NCBI GenBank assembly: GCA_051251915.1
Contig: JBPOGF010000012.1
Coordinates: 32,001 to 96,000, forward strand
From: Akkermansiaceae bacterium
GTDB taxonomy: Bacteria; Verrucomicrobiota; Verrucomicrobiia; Verrucomicrobiales; Akkermansiaceae
DNA length: 64,000 nucleotides
Direction: 5' to 3'
Made by a program: the position numbers and the translations under genes. This document shows positions 1 through 9,608 of this stretch, one piece after another (positions within the stretch are counted from its first letter, which is position 1; every line of letters begins with the position of its first letter). The notes under the pieces are model-generated. The model was not told where the DNA came from, made no database searches, and saw only the letters and a list, made by a program, of their open reading frames with translations.

Positions 1-146
1 AAGATTACCTAAATATTAAAAAAATGACAAGAAAATTTCAAAAATAACACCAATATTAAAAATAAATCGGTTAAGCTGTCTTAATTTTATGCTTGCTTAA
101 ATGATTTAGGTACATAAGATGCAATATATAGTAACCAATATATTAC

Positions 147-1025
147 GTGATCGATAATAAGCCAACAACTCGAAATAGCCCTCCAGCTAAAAATTCAGTT
201 GAATACACATCAATTGAATCGGTACCTATTATTCAATCAGCCCCACCAAGGATTAGATTCACGCCAAACCAAAAAGGCTTCAAATTGCCTCCACTCACTT
301 GGATTTCACTCTTCGTCATGTCAGTTGTAGGTATATTAGCCGTATTACTGCACTTCAAGCAGAACACAGACGCCAACACAAAACCAAGCCCAACCGAGGC
401 ATCGGCTATACACGACTCCCCAACACCAGTAGAAATAGCCATATCCAATAAGCTGTCAGAGAAAGACAATACCAGTGCATCAGACACAGAAGATCTTAAC
501 AAAAACAGCTTCACCAACAATATAGATCTTATTGCTAAAAACTGCTCCAACATGGTTACCGAACAGAACTCCTTTGCCGTTTTCGAACACGGAACCTGCG
601 TTCTATTAATTGAGCCTCTAACCGACCACGTAGTTTCAGCTCGCTCCACATTAAAGCTATTAGCCGACACCAAGATCGACTTCGAGGTAAAACCCCTCAA
701 CAATAATAATTATCTAATAATATTTGATAAATATCTATTCTGCTGGTTCTCCGCTGACCAATTGGCGAAAAACAAAGACGCCATGATGCAAGACAAAAGA
801 CTAGCTAGAAGAGCTGATGACTCCGCTACTATCAGCCCATTATCAGACCTTGAACTTCGCATAGGCAAGCTGGCAAGATTATGCCTGATCGCAGATAGCA
901 ACAAGCTAAACATCAAAAAGATCATCAGAGCACAGAAAAATAGCGACGGCGACGACAAACTCACCTCACCAGAACTCAACGCCACTGAGCACTCCCAACA
1001 GGCTATTAACACCACTCTCAACTAG
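147..1025 (+). CDS. Hypothetical single-pass membrane protein
   Basis: 292-aa ORF with one hydrophobic segment (LTWISLFVMSVVGILAVLL), a low-complexity linker and a globular C-terminal domain (AVFEHGTCVLL); GTG start uncertain. Confidence 0.6.
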   Translation: MIDNKPTTRNSPPAKNSVEYTSIESVPIIQSAPPRIRFTPNQKGFKLPPLTWISLFVMSVVGILAVLLHFKQNTDANTKPSPTEASAIHDSPTPVEIAISNKLSEKDNTSASDTEDLNKNSFTNNIDLIAKNCSNMVTEQNSFAVFEHGTCVLLIEPLTDHVVSARSTLKLLADTKIDFEVKPLNNNNYLIIFDKYLFCWFSADQLAKNKDAMMQDKRLARRADDSATISPLSDLELRIGKLARLCLIADSNKLNIKKIIRAQKNSDGDDKLTSPELNATEHSQQAINTTLN

Positions 1026-1065
1026 TTCAGAACTCCAAAAACAACCACCTAACGCTTAGAGTATG

Positions 1066-2754
1066 TTATGTTTTATAGCTTTCAAAGAATTTCTCCTCAG
1101 CCTCTAATGAGCCGATCATAATAAGTGGTCGATGAGCCTGTAAAACAACATCTGGATCAGGATTGATTACCCTAACATCATCAACCTCTACAACAATAAT
1201 AGAACAACCCGTTCTAGAGCGGACTTGAGACTCCGCAAGAGTCACCCCCTGAAGACATTTTGGAGTGTTTGCAGTAAAGATACTAACACCTTCCGCCAAA
1301 AGAAGAGTTTCACTACCCCGGAGATAGTTAAGAATAGTGTTGGCGCTCATAGTTGCATACGAGAGGACTACGTCTGCTCCTGCCCTATGGAGCCGCTCGA
1401 CATTCTCTTCCTGCGTGCTACGGCAGATAATTTGAAGGTTTCTACGCAAGCGTCTATAAATAATGGTAAGGTAGAGATTCGTGTCATCATCATGAGTCGT
1501 AATGATAACGGTTGAGGCATCGTGCATTCCAGCCTCAACCATTAAGTCGAATTCTGAACCATCACCAACAATAGTACGGTCTGCAAATTTGACTCGTTCA
1601 GGAAGCTTCTCTATCATTTTCCAGTCGACGTTTTGCTCGTCGAGCGCCTGCGCAGTGGCGCGCCCAACTCTACCGCCCCCTATAATAACAACACTACTTT
1701 TCTTGGAGCACTGGTAGCCGATAGTTGAGTTGTACTTATCGATTTGTTCTTGAGTTCCCCCGAGGATAAAGATCGAGGATTCCTGGATCTGGGTATCAGG
1801 TTCTACAGGCTCCAGCTTCCCGTGGTTCCAGAACCCAACAAGAGTAACCCCTGTGAGAGATCTAATTTCACTCTGCGCGATTGTTTTGCCGACTAGATCA
1901 GTGCCTGCAGCCGCTGATTCAGCAATAACCAGATCCTCCATGACTCCGATAACATGCGCTTTAGAGTCACCCCCCACTACTCGCCGAGCTAACGCATCCC
2001 CCATCATCTTTTCCAAGCTCAGTATGTGAGTGACCCCTGATAACTCAAGAGCATCACGCGCTGCATTACTACGCGCCGAAGCAACAATAGGAATATTATC
2101 AGAAATTTCCCTAACGGAGAAAGTGACGTTAGTGTTTATAATATCAGAGCGTGTAGTCACGATCATCGCCGCTTGTTCAATACGAAGCTTTCTATAAGTT
2201 TCAGGATCAGAATATTCGCCAAGAACAGTAGGAACATTTTGCTCGTGAAGCTCTAATGCCTCAGCAAGCGTAGGTACAAGAACCACGTAAGGATGCTGTT
2301 GCTTTTTAAGCATCTTAACGAGTAGTTTTGTAATCGGGCCATGTAAAGTAAGTATCACGTGCCGCTTCATGGAAGTTGGCAACTCTCGAGGAGCGCGAGC
2401 AGCCTGCTGAGCCTTCATCCAAGGTGCATAGAAAAATTCAATAAATGTAAAAGGCAAAAGGACGAGCAGGTAAATAACTCCTGTAACTAAAACAATAATT
2501 GAAAATGCGCGACCTAGGTCAGACTGAAACGTGATATCACCAAACCCCAGCGTAGACATAACAGTAAGAGTCCAGTAGAATCCCGTAGTCCAGCTGAAAT
2601 GCTGACCCTCGCGCTCCATGATCACATGGAAAAGAATACTGAAGGTTGTGACAATCAGGATCAGGAAGAAGACCAACCTGAGTAGCGCCATCAAGTTGCG
2701 GCGGCTAGTTTGATTTTCTAGAAATGCGGATAGAACAGAAGTGAGAGCTTTCAT
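1066..2754 (-). CDS. Potassium channel protein with tandem RCK (TrkA-N/TrkA-C) domains
   Basis: 2TM pore with filter TVMSTLGFGD, followed by two RCK modules; the second has Rossmann motif IIGGGRVG. Confidence 0.9.
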   Translation of the reverse strand: MKALTSVLSAFLENQTSRRNLMALLRLVFFLILIVTTFSILFHVIMEREGQHFSWTTGFYWTLTVMSTLGFGDITFQSDLGRAFSIIVLVTGVIYLLVLLPFTFIEFFYAPWMKAQQAARAPRELPTSMKRHVILTLHGPITKLLVKMLKKQQHPYVVLVPTLAEALELHEQNVPTVLGEYSDPETYRKLRIEQAAMIVTTRSDIINTNVTFSVREISDNIPIVASARSNAARDALELSGVTHILSLEKMMGDALARRVVGGDSKAHVIGVMEDLVIAESAAAGTDLVGKTIAQSEIRSLTGVTLVGFWNHGKLEPVEPDTQIQESSIFILGGTQEQIDKYNSTIGYQCSKKSSVVIIGGGRVGRATAQALDEQNVDWKMIEKLPERVKFADRTIVGDGSEFDLMVEAGMHDASTVIITTHDDDTNLYLTIIYRRLRRNLQIICRSTQEENVERLHRAGADVVLSYATMSANTILNYLRGSETLLLAEGVSIFTANTPKCLQGVTLAESQVRSRTGCSIIVVEVDDVRVINPDPDVVLQAHRPLIMIGSLEAEEKFFESYKT

Positions 2755-2890
2755 GGGAAATTAAGACGCCATTACGCGCGGTAGTTTTATGCTCCCAGCA
2801 TAGTTCCTATACACACAGAACCAAGGAGAATCGTGATACTAAGCCGTTAACCTAAAGCCTCCTCAAAACAAAAAAACTCACCACCGCAAT

Positions 2891-2923
2891 AAAAAAGCTC
2901 CATTGGCTTAACCAGCGGAGCTT
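2891..2923 (-). terminator. Intrinsic terminator downstream of tRNA-Asp
   Basis: On minus strand AAGCTCCGCTGG-TTAAG-CCAATGGAGCTT followed by a T run. Confidence 0.7.
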
Positions 2924-2941
2924 CTATATTAAACAACTGAG

Positions 2942-3018
2942 TGGCGGAGCGGACGGGAATCGAACCCGCAACCTCCGGCGTGACAGGCCGGTGCTCTAAC
3001 CAATTGAGCTACCGCTCC
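2942..3018 (-). tRNA. tRNA-Asp (GTC)
   Basis: Reverse complement GGAGCGGTAGCTCAATTGGTTAGAGCACCGGCCTGTCACGCCGGAGGTTGCGGGTTCGATTCCCGTCCGCTCCGCCA: cloverleaf, GTC anticodon, TTCGA T-loop, encoded CCA. Confidence 0.97.
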
Positions 3019-3054
3019 ATCAATCACTCTGCGAAGTGCCTCGCAGCGGGCAGC

Positions 3055-3082
3055 AAACTAACTAAAAACTCGTAAGGTGCAA
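3055..3082 (-). promoter_or_regulatory. Putative sigma70-type promoter of tRNA-Asp
   Basis: TTGCAC-16 nt-TAGTTT on the minus strand upstream of the tRNA. Confidence 0.55.
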
Positions 3083-3249
3083 GACCTTTTTTGCATGTTT
3101 TTTCACTTTTTTCATGGATCACTAAGTTTTAGCATTTTGTAACTTTCGCAAAAATTCACCCCTCCACAAATCTAACTCAATAGCAAAAAGCCGAAATACT
3201 AAAAAATAGAGTTGCAAATTAGCCGTTTTTCGCCTTAATTCGCCGCCCC

Positions 3250-3333
3250 GCGAGAAGTCAATCCAGTCGTAGGTCCTCTGAGCAATGCTATGGTAGCGGC
3301 GCTAATCAATCTCGCCAGAGCGGAAACCCGACT
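3250..3333 (+). promoter_or_regulatory. Candidate structured 5' leader of rpoA
   Basis: Nested complementary segments AGTCG/CGACT, GGT/ACC, CTCTG/CAGAG with internal hairpins, plus an alternative pair GCGAGA/TCTCGC. Confidence 0.4.
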
Positions 3334-3349
3334 AAACATACAGACAATT

Positions 3350-4489
3350 ATGTCAGAAGACACAACAAACGAAGAAGTAACAAACGAAGAAGTAGAAGAG
3401 TCCAAGCCAATCCATCTTGATCGCTTCGAAATCCCTAACCGTCTTGTAAAGGACGAGGACACTGAGACTGATACATATGCACATTTCACCGCCGAGCCTT
3501 TCGAGCGTGGATTTGGTCACACTATCGGTAACTCACTCCGCCGCGTATTGCTCTCATCTCTAGAAGGTGCCGCAATCACTTCTGTGCGCATCGCTGGTGT
3601 GCAACATGAGTTCTCTAGCCTAGCTGGAGTGGTAGAAGATGTCACAGACATCATCCTCAACCTCAAAAAGGTGAAATTTAAGCACTATGATAAAGAGCCT
3701 CGCGTTCTTACACTCAAAGTGGAGAAAGAAGGCGCTGTAACTGCTGGTGACATCACTGACGACAACATCTACGAAGTAGTAAACAAAGATCAACTCATTT
3801 GTACACTCGACCGTAAGACGAAGTTCGACTGTGAATTCGAAATCAAAGTAGGTCGCGGCTTTAACACTGGAGACGAGAACAAACGTCCTGACATGCCTAT
3901 CGGCGTGATCGCGATTGACTCTATCTTCTCACCAGTCACTCGTGTTAAATACTCAGTAGGTCAAACTCGTGTTGGCCAGATGACTGACTTTGATAAGCTC
4001 GATCTCGACATCTGGACAGATGGTCGCATCGATCCTGCTGAAGCACTTCTCCAAGCATCATCCATCATGAGACATCACCTCGATGTATTCGTGAACTACG
4101 ATGACGATGCTGTAGAATTTGAGAATGCAGCTCCTGAGCAATCAGAAGAAAATGCAGCACTCAAAAAACTTCTCAACATGAGCGTAAACGAAATCGAACT
4201 CTCAGTTCGTGCCGCAAACTGCCTCAACAACGCAAACATCACAAGTGTTGGACAGCTCGCTCTCAAGTCAGAAGCAGAAATGCTCAAATACCGTAACTTC
4301 GGTAAGAAATCACTCAATGAGATCAAAGACAAACTCCAAGAGCTCGGACTCGGACTCGGAATGTCACTTGATCCATCACTCCTCAGCGGACCAATGCCAT
4401 CAATCGTGGCTCCACGTCTCAGCGTAGAGGAAGAAGCACCGGTGGGTCTCGCTGACCTCATCGCCCAAAACTTAAATGACGACGAATAG
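3350..4489 (+). CDS. rpoA: DNA-directed RNA polymerase subunit alpha
   Basis: AEPFERGFGHTIGNSLRRVLLSS, GVVEDVTDIILNLK, alpha-CTD ELSVRAANCL...NFGKKSLNEIK; start set at ATG 3350 (MSEDTT). Confidence 0.98.
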   Translation: MSEDTTNEEVTNEEVEESKPIHLDRFEIPNRLVKDEDTETDTYAHFTAEPFERGFGHTIGNSLRRVLLSSLEGAAITSVRIAGVQHEFSSLAGVVEDVTDIILNLKKVKFKHYDKEPRVLTLKVEKEGAVTAGDITDDNIYEVVNKDQLICTLDRKTKFDCEFEIKVGRGFNTGDENKRPDMPIGVIAIDSIFSPVTRVKYSVGQTRVGQMTDFDKLDLDIWTDGRIDPAEALLQASSIMRHHLDVFVNYDDDAVEFENAAPEQSEENAALKKLLNMSVNEIELSVRAANCLNNANITSVGQLALKSEAEMLKYRNFGKKSLNEIKDKLQELGLGLGMSLDPSLLSGPMPSIVAPRLSVEEEAPVGLADLIAQNLNDDE

Positions 4490-4519
4490 TCGCAACAATA
4501 ACTAGAAAGAAATATCACG

Positions 4520-4930
4520 ATGAGAAATCGCAAAAAGACAGTAAAACTCGGAAGAAGCTCAGCGCACCGTCGCTCACTTCTAGCAAACCTCACATGCAGC
4601 CTTATCCAGCACGGTAAGATCCGCACCACACTTGGAAAAGCCAAAGCACTCCGCCCAGTTGCAGAGAAAATGGTTACTCTCGGTAAGCGCGGTGACCTAC
4701 ACGCACGCAGACAAGCTATCGCATTCCTACGCCAAAAAGATGCTGTTAAAGCTCTCTTTGAAGACGTAGCAACAGCATCTAAAGACCGTCAAGGTGGATA
4801 CTGCCGCATCATCAAGCTCGGTGCTCGTGTTTCAGACTCAGCTCCAATGGCTCTCATTGAGTGGGTTGACACACCTGCTAATGCTTCAGATGAAGTAGTA
4901 GACGACGCCACTGAAACTGCAGAAGCATAA
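4520..4930 (+). CDS. rplQ: 50S ribosomal protein L17
   Basis: [38 protein letters not shown]; directly follows rpoA. Confidence 0.98.
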   Translation: MRNRKKTVKLGRSSAHRRSLLANLTCSLIQHGKIRTTLGKAKALRPVAEKMVTLGKRGDLHARRQAIAFLRQKDAVKALFEDVATASKDRQGGYCRIIKLGARVSDSAPMALIEWVDTPANASDEVVDDATETAEA

Positions 4931-4956
4931 GCCTTCTCAGTTAAATAAAAATATCT

Positions 4957-5002
4957 AAGCGCAACTTCGCTCGTATCATAATACGTTGAAGTTGCGCTTT
5001 TT
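4957..5002 (+). terminator. Intrinsic terminator of rpoA-rplQ
   Basis: AAGCGCAACTTC...GAAGTTGCGCTT stem with inner CGTAT/ATACG stem, then a T run. Confidence 0.85.
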
Positions 5003-5028
5003 AGTTACTTCATTAAAATCATCACACC

Positions 5029-6156
5029 ATGAGTTCGGAACCCACATCTACCCCACCATTTGCTAAACCCATACTTCCTAGCCTACTCGGGCTAACGAAA
5101 GATGACATTGTGGAAATCTTCAAACAACACGACGAGCCAGCATACCGCGCAGCCCAAGTCCTAGAATGGATCTACAAGCACCGCGCTAACTCCATAGAAG
5201 AAATGACCAACCTCTCAGAACCACTACGAGAGAAACTCAACCAACAATTTAGATTCAAAACCCTCTCCAAAGTCACCGTCCAAGGCTCAGAAGACACCAC
5301 CCGCAAATACCTTTTCAAACTCCACGACGGACGCTACGTCGAAACCGTCCTCATCCCCGCCTCTAAAGGCCTCTACGGAGACAAAGCAGACCGACTCACA
5401 GCCTGCGTCTCCTCACAAGTAGGCTGCGCATACGGATGCAAATTTTGCGCCTCCGGACTAGCCGGACTAGCCAGAAACCTTACCTCTGATGAAATCGTCG
5501 GCCAACTCATGGCAGTCGAAGAACTCTCCGGCAAAAAAATCAACAACATCGTCTTCATGGGCATGGGAGAACCCCTCGCCAACATCAAAAACCTAGAAAA
5601 AGCGCTCGACATCATCACCGGGCACTGGGGTATGAACATCGGCGCCCGCCACATCACCATCTCCACATCAGGCCTTGCACCAATGATCAAAAAACTCGCT
5701 GACAGACCGCAGCAAATCCGCCTCGCCATCTCACTCCACGGAGCCACAGATGACGTCCGGGACAAGATCATGCCAGTCAACTCAAAGTGGAATATCGATG
5801 AACTTTTCCAAGCCCTTCACTACTACAAAGAAAAAAGCAACAAACGACTCACCCTCGAATACATCCTCATCAAAGGAGTAAACGATTCCATCGAGCAAGC
5901 TGTCATCCTAGCCAAACGCGCAAAAGGACTCAAAGCCCTCGTCAACGTCATCCCTTACAACACCGTAGAAGGACTAGACTGGGTCCGCCCAGATGACGAA
6001 CACTGCTACAAATTCCGCAACACCGTCCGTGACGCCGGAGTTGTCACCACCATGCGCATCGAAAAAGGACACGACATCGATGCCGCCTGCGGCCAGCTCA
6101 GACTCAAACAAGAGTCATCAGAGGGCATCATTAAAGCCCCAATCAAAACATCTTAG
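5029..6156 (+). CDS. rlmN: 23S rRNA (A2503)/tRNA C2-methyltransferase, radical SAM
   Basis: CVSSQVGCAYGCKFCASG, VFMGMGEPL, DIDAACGQL. Confidence 0.95.
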   Translation: MSSEPTSTPPFAKPILPSLLGLTKDDIVEIFKQHDEPAYRAAQVLEWIYKHRANSIEEMTNLSEPLREKLNQQFRFKTLSKVTVQGSEDTTRKYLFKLHDGRYVETVLIPASKGLYGDKADRLTACVSSQVGCAYGCKFCASGLAGLARNLTSDEIVGQLMAVEELSGKKINNIVFMGMGEPLANIKNLEKALDIITGHWGMNIGARHITISTSGLAPMIKKLADRPQQIRLAISLHGATDDVRDKIMPVNSKWNIDELFQALHYYKEKSNKRLTLEYILIKGVNDSIEQAVILAKRAKGLKALVNVIPYNTVEGLDWVRPDDEHCYKFRNTVRDAGVVTTMRIEKGHDIDAACGQLRLKQESSEGIIKAPIKTS

Positions 6157-6197
6157 ACAACTAAATAACACCGTAATTCTCCATCAAAGGAGTCTAT

Positions 6198-6235
6198 AAA
6201 GCGTCTTCTTCCCCTAATGAAGAAAACGCTTTTTT
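6198..6235 (+). terminator. Intrinsic terminator after rlmN
   Basis: AAAGCGTCTTCTTC...GAAGAAAACGCTTT followed by a T run. Confidence 0.65.
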
Positions 6236-6314
6236 ATTGATCACTAAATTACTTCACTATGTAATTAGAAATCATCTACTTACTCTCATAGTAATAATTA
6301 ATCCAAACGCGTTC

Positions 6315-8018
6315 ATGACTGAAAAACAGCCGCTCTATCTAGTAGTAATCTTAGTTCTTATTGGCTCCATTCTATACAGTAAGTCTATATCGTTTGATTA
6401 CGTCTCTTATGACGACACTGCTTATGTATATGAAAACCATTTTGTGAAACAAGGCCTGACAGAAGAAAGTATCCAATGGGCATTTCTTTACCAAAGTCAG
6501 GCTGGCGAACTGTCTCACCGAGGAATAGAAAACCTTTGGCACCCTCTGACATGGATCTCGCACATGTTAGACGTTGAGCTCTACGGCATCAATACCCCTG
6601 GAGGACACCATGGAACAAATCTAATCCTTTATCTGATGACCATCCCCTTGGTATTTTGGAGCTCCTATAAACTTTTAGGTAATATTTGGGCTGGATTCAT
6701 TGTTGCTCTCATATGGACTGTCCACCCATTGAAAGTAGAGTCAGTCGCGTGGATTAGTGAGCGGAAGGATATTCTCAGCGGCTTATTCTTCTGGGCTTCA
6801 CTCAGCTGCGCCATCAAAAGTATTTCTTCTAGTAAAATCTGGGAGCGGTTTGGATTAGCTTTCTTTGTAGCAGCTCTACTCAGTAAGGCATCAGTCGTCA
6901 TCCTTCCCGCATTATTAATCTTGATCAGTGGTTACCTTAAGAAGGAGAAAACTTGGGGTATTTCATTTATCTTTAAAGAAAGTAAACGATGGGCTCTTTG
7001 GTTTGCTGCAGCTATAGTGATTTCACTCATATCCATTGTCATGCAGTCTGGAGGATCTCATGAATTCTTCATAGAGCGCTCATCGCTCATAGGAAGACTC
7101 ACCACTACAGGTTCGGCATTTTGGTTTTATATTTACCGTATCATTGTGCCTTGGGATCTAAATTTCTACTATGAGTATCCTAGATTACATATAGCATTTC
7201 ATCTAGTGGCATGGCTTGGCTTAATCACTCTTGTCTTCTTGACTTGGTTAAAGCGGAATTCAAACCCAACGCTCTTTATTGGTATTTTTTGGTTTTTGAT
7301 ATGCCTAGTACCTGTTTCTGGAATTTTCTATACTGGCTCTAGCTTCACGACAGATCGTTACGTCTACATTGCCTTAGCTGGCCTTTTATTCCCCTTAGCG
7401 ACGACTATTACACAGAGAAAAAAAATAACATGGATCATCGTCCCTCTACCGCTATTATATTGCATTCTATCATGGAACCAACTCAATGTTTGGAAGAACA
7501 GCTGGACCTTATTTACCCATAGCACAGAAGCTAGACCTGAAGCTGAAATCGGATGGACAAATCTAGCCACTCTTCAAAAACTAAACAACCAGTATGATGA
7601 GGCCATTATTTCTTATCATAAAGCTATTAAGGTGAACTCACTGAGTTACATCGCTTGGTATAATCTAGGTGTCATTTATGAACAAACTGGAGACATCTCG
7701 ACGGCAGCTGAAAAATACCAACACTCTCTAGAAATCTATCCTAACTACCTGCCTGCCGCTTTGAATCTAGGGCTCATCAAAAAAAATTCTGGAGACACCG
7801 AAGCTGCAAAAGAGTTATTTTATCGAGGTAATGAGCATAATGTCAAAATGCTCTGGCTTAGTTGCGAATGCGAAATGCTTTTACACAATTTTGACGCGGC
7901 TCAACTATTGATCAACAAATTAGACACACTTAATATTCAGCACCCTGATATTTTAAAGAGATTAGCTCAAGCAAAGAAAATCCTATCTCGAATGAACAAT
8001 AAAAATTTTAATCAGTAA
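6315..8018 (+). CDS. TMTC-like GT-C membrane glycosyltransferase with C-terminal TPR repeats
   Basis: YDD loop, WHPLTWISH, HPLKVESVAWISERKDIL, TDRYVY, many TM helices, TPR repeats; ATG 6315 preferred over the TTG abutting the upstream terminator. Confidence 0.8.
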   Translation: MTEKQPLYLVVILVLIGSILYSKSISFDYVSYDDTAYVYENHFVKQGLTEESIQWAFLYQSQAGELSHRGIENLWHPLTWISHMLDVELYGINTPGGHHGTNLILYLMTIPLVFWSSYKLLGNIWAGFIVALIWTVHPLKVESVAWISERKDILSGLFFWASLSCAIKSISSSKIWERFGLAFFVAALLSKASVVILPALLILISGYLKKEKTWGISFIFKESKRWALWFAAAIVISLISIVMQSGGSHEFFIERSSLIGRLTTTGSAFWFYIYRIIVPWDLNFYYEYPRLHIAFHLVAWLGLITLVFLTWLKRNSNPTLFIGIFWFLICLVPVSGIFYTGSSFTTDRYVYIALAGLLFPLATTITQRKKITWIIVPLPLLYCILSWNQLNVWKNSWTLFTHSTEARPEAEIGWTNLATLQKLNNQYDEAIISYHKAIKVNSLSYIAWYNLGVIYEQTGDISTAAEKYQHSLEIYPNYLPAALNLGLIKKNSGDTEAAKELFYRGNEHNVKMLWLSCECEMLLHNFDAAQLLINKLDTLNIQHPDILKRLAQAKKILSRMNNKNFNQ

Positions 8019-8583
8019 ATTTAGATAATTCTTTTCCTCTCGCTTCTCGATAAAATAGAATACTAGCTACTTCTATTTTAGACCTTTCAATAGACAGATC
8101 AGCGCCATTCCAAGCAATGTATGCAGACCATTAGGTATATAAAAATCAGTGATTTTATAATGCTCTTTAAATTCCTCTGAAGCTAGAAAACCATCCGGTA
8201 AACTTGGTAGCTCTCACTCTTGTTTAGCGTATATCTTCCATAGTTACCCAATGTTATTGTTCTTACTAGTCTACCTCATCTTCCGAGCTTATCAGAGACT
8301 ACTATGCCATCTGCTGAATTCAGACTCAGCTCTCAATTCTCTTCTCAGAAGTATGAAGCTGATTTCTTAGCACTTCCGAATTTATTCCCGCCACACACAA
8401 GGCAACACCTTCCTTGCTGATTTTGGACTTATCATCTCATATTGAAGCCTTTTTTCTGGTTCTTGTTCATCAAGGCAATGGTTTGCTTACTAGCTTGCTT
8501 TAGCTACGACCTAACGATCATAAAATTGCTGTCTTCCTAGTGGCTCTCTTGCTTCTTAGTCAGAGGGCTCTGCCTAGCAGAGC

Positions 8584-8619
8584 AAAAAAGACAATTCTTA
8601 GAAACAAGAATTGTCTTTT
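8584..8619 (-). terminator. Intrinsic terminator of the PEP-CTERM gene
   Basis: Perfect 14-bp stem AAAAGACAATTCTT/AAGAATTGTCTTTT with a 6-nt loop, 30 nt after the stop. Confidence 0.8.
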
Positions 8620-8648
8620 ATTTTCAAGGATTGCTGAGCACCCTCAAG

Positions 8649-9608
8649 TTAATTACGACGGCGGAAACTTAATGCCATTAGAGCAGATAGTGCACTCAGT
8701 AGCGAAACGCTTGGCTCAGGGACGTTTTCCACATTTGAATACTGCTGACCATCTAATGAGAACACAAAATGTGTGTCTTCTGAAAAAGTTGCGGCACCAT
8801 CTCCGGGTGTGATGGTCCAGGTCATTGTATCAGCATAAAATTTCGTAGCATCTGTTGTGTCATAGCCATTTCCATCAAAATCAAATCCACGAACTAGTAA
8901 AAATCCATCACTGTTACCTCCTAAACCAACGAGTTCGCTAAAGCCATTTACATCGCTATAATTCAGCCCTCCGCCAGTCGGAGTTTCCCATGCATCTGAA
9001 GCAAAACTAGCAACATTGGGACCACCTGCTGTAAAATCGGTTCCATTCAATGAATAAACAGCATTACCAATGCTCATGTCGACGTCAAAGTTACTAAGAC
9101 CTAGGCCAGCGCCTGCATCCACTAATCCCAAGGCAGCCAACAATGGTCGTGAAGTAGCACTAGAGACCGAAGAGTTCCGACCAGCGAGAAACTCACTGTA
9201 ATTGATGGTTAAATTTATAGCGGTTACCCCGGTCAAACCAGAAAATCCAACAGAATTATGGTAAAGTGCACCGTCATCATAGTCTGCTGAGTTAGCAACG
9301 TAAAGGTCACCAGACCCTCCACTAAAGGATACATTAAAGGTGGTAACCAGATCCTCTGTTAAAATTCGGCTAACGCTTGTTGTATCAAAGCTCAATGTAC
9401 CACTGGTGAGCCCTTCCACCAGTAAGTTATCTTTGACTCCATTAGCAAAATCACCAGCTTCAACATCAGTTTGGACAACACCATCGCCAGTATAGTTACC
9501 CTGCGTGAATGATCCTGAAGAATCTGTTTCGACTTCAAACGGGATCACACCAAACGACATTGAAGTCAAGCCTAGTGATATCCCTAGTATAATGTTTATT
9601 GTTTTCAT
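8649..9608 (-). CDS. PEP-CTERM sorting-domain surface protein
   Basis: Signal peptide, S/T/G/D-rich body, C-terminal VPEPSVSLLSALSALMALSFRRRN. Confidence 0.9.
   Translation of the reverse strand: MKTINIILGISLGLTSMSFGVIPFEVETDSSGSFTQGNYTGDGVVQTDVEAGDFANGVKDNLLVEGLTSGTLSFDTTSVSRILTEDLVTTFNVSFSGGSGDLYVANSADYDDGALYHNSVGFSGLTGVTAINLTINYSEFLAGRNSSVSSATSRPLLAALGLVDAGAGLGLSNFDVDMSIGNAVYSLNGTDFTAGGPNVASFASDAWETPTGGGLNYSDVNGFSELVGLGGNSDGFLLVRGFDFDGNGYDTTDATKFYADTMTWTITPGDGAATFSEDTHFVFSLDGQQYSNVENVPEPSVSLLSALSALMALSFRRRN

Noticed and set aside
3290..3349. Longer ORF-track starts for rpoA (also 6237, 22842, 26951, 59778)
   Set aside because: The extensions overlap leader structure, terminators or -10 boxes; downstream ATGs fit the family N-termini better.
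8540..8812. 90-aa + strand ORF
   Set aside because: It overlaps the PEP-CTERM gene end and its terminator in antisense and has no recognisable motif.
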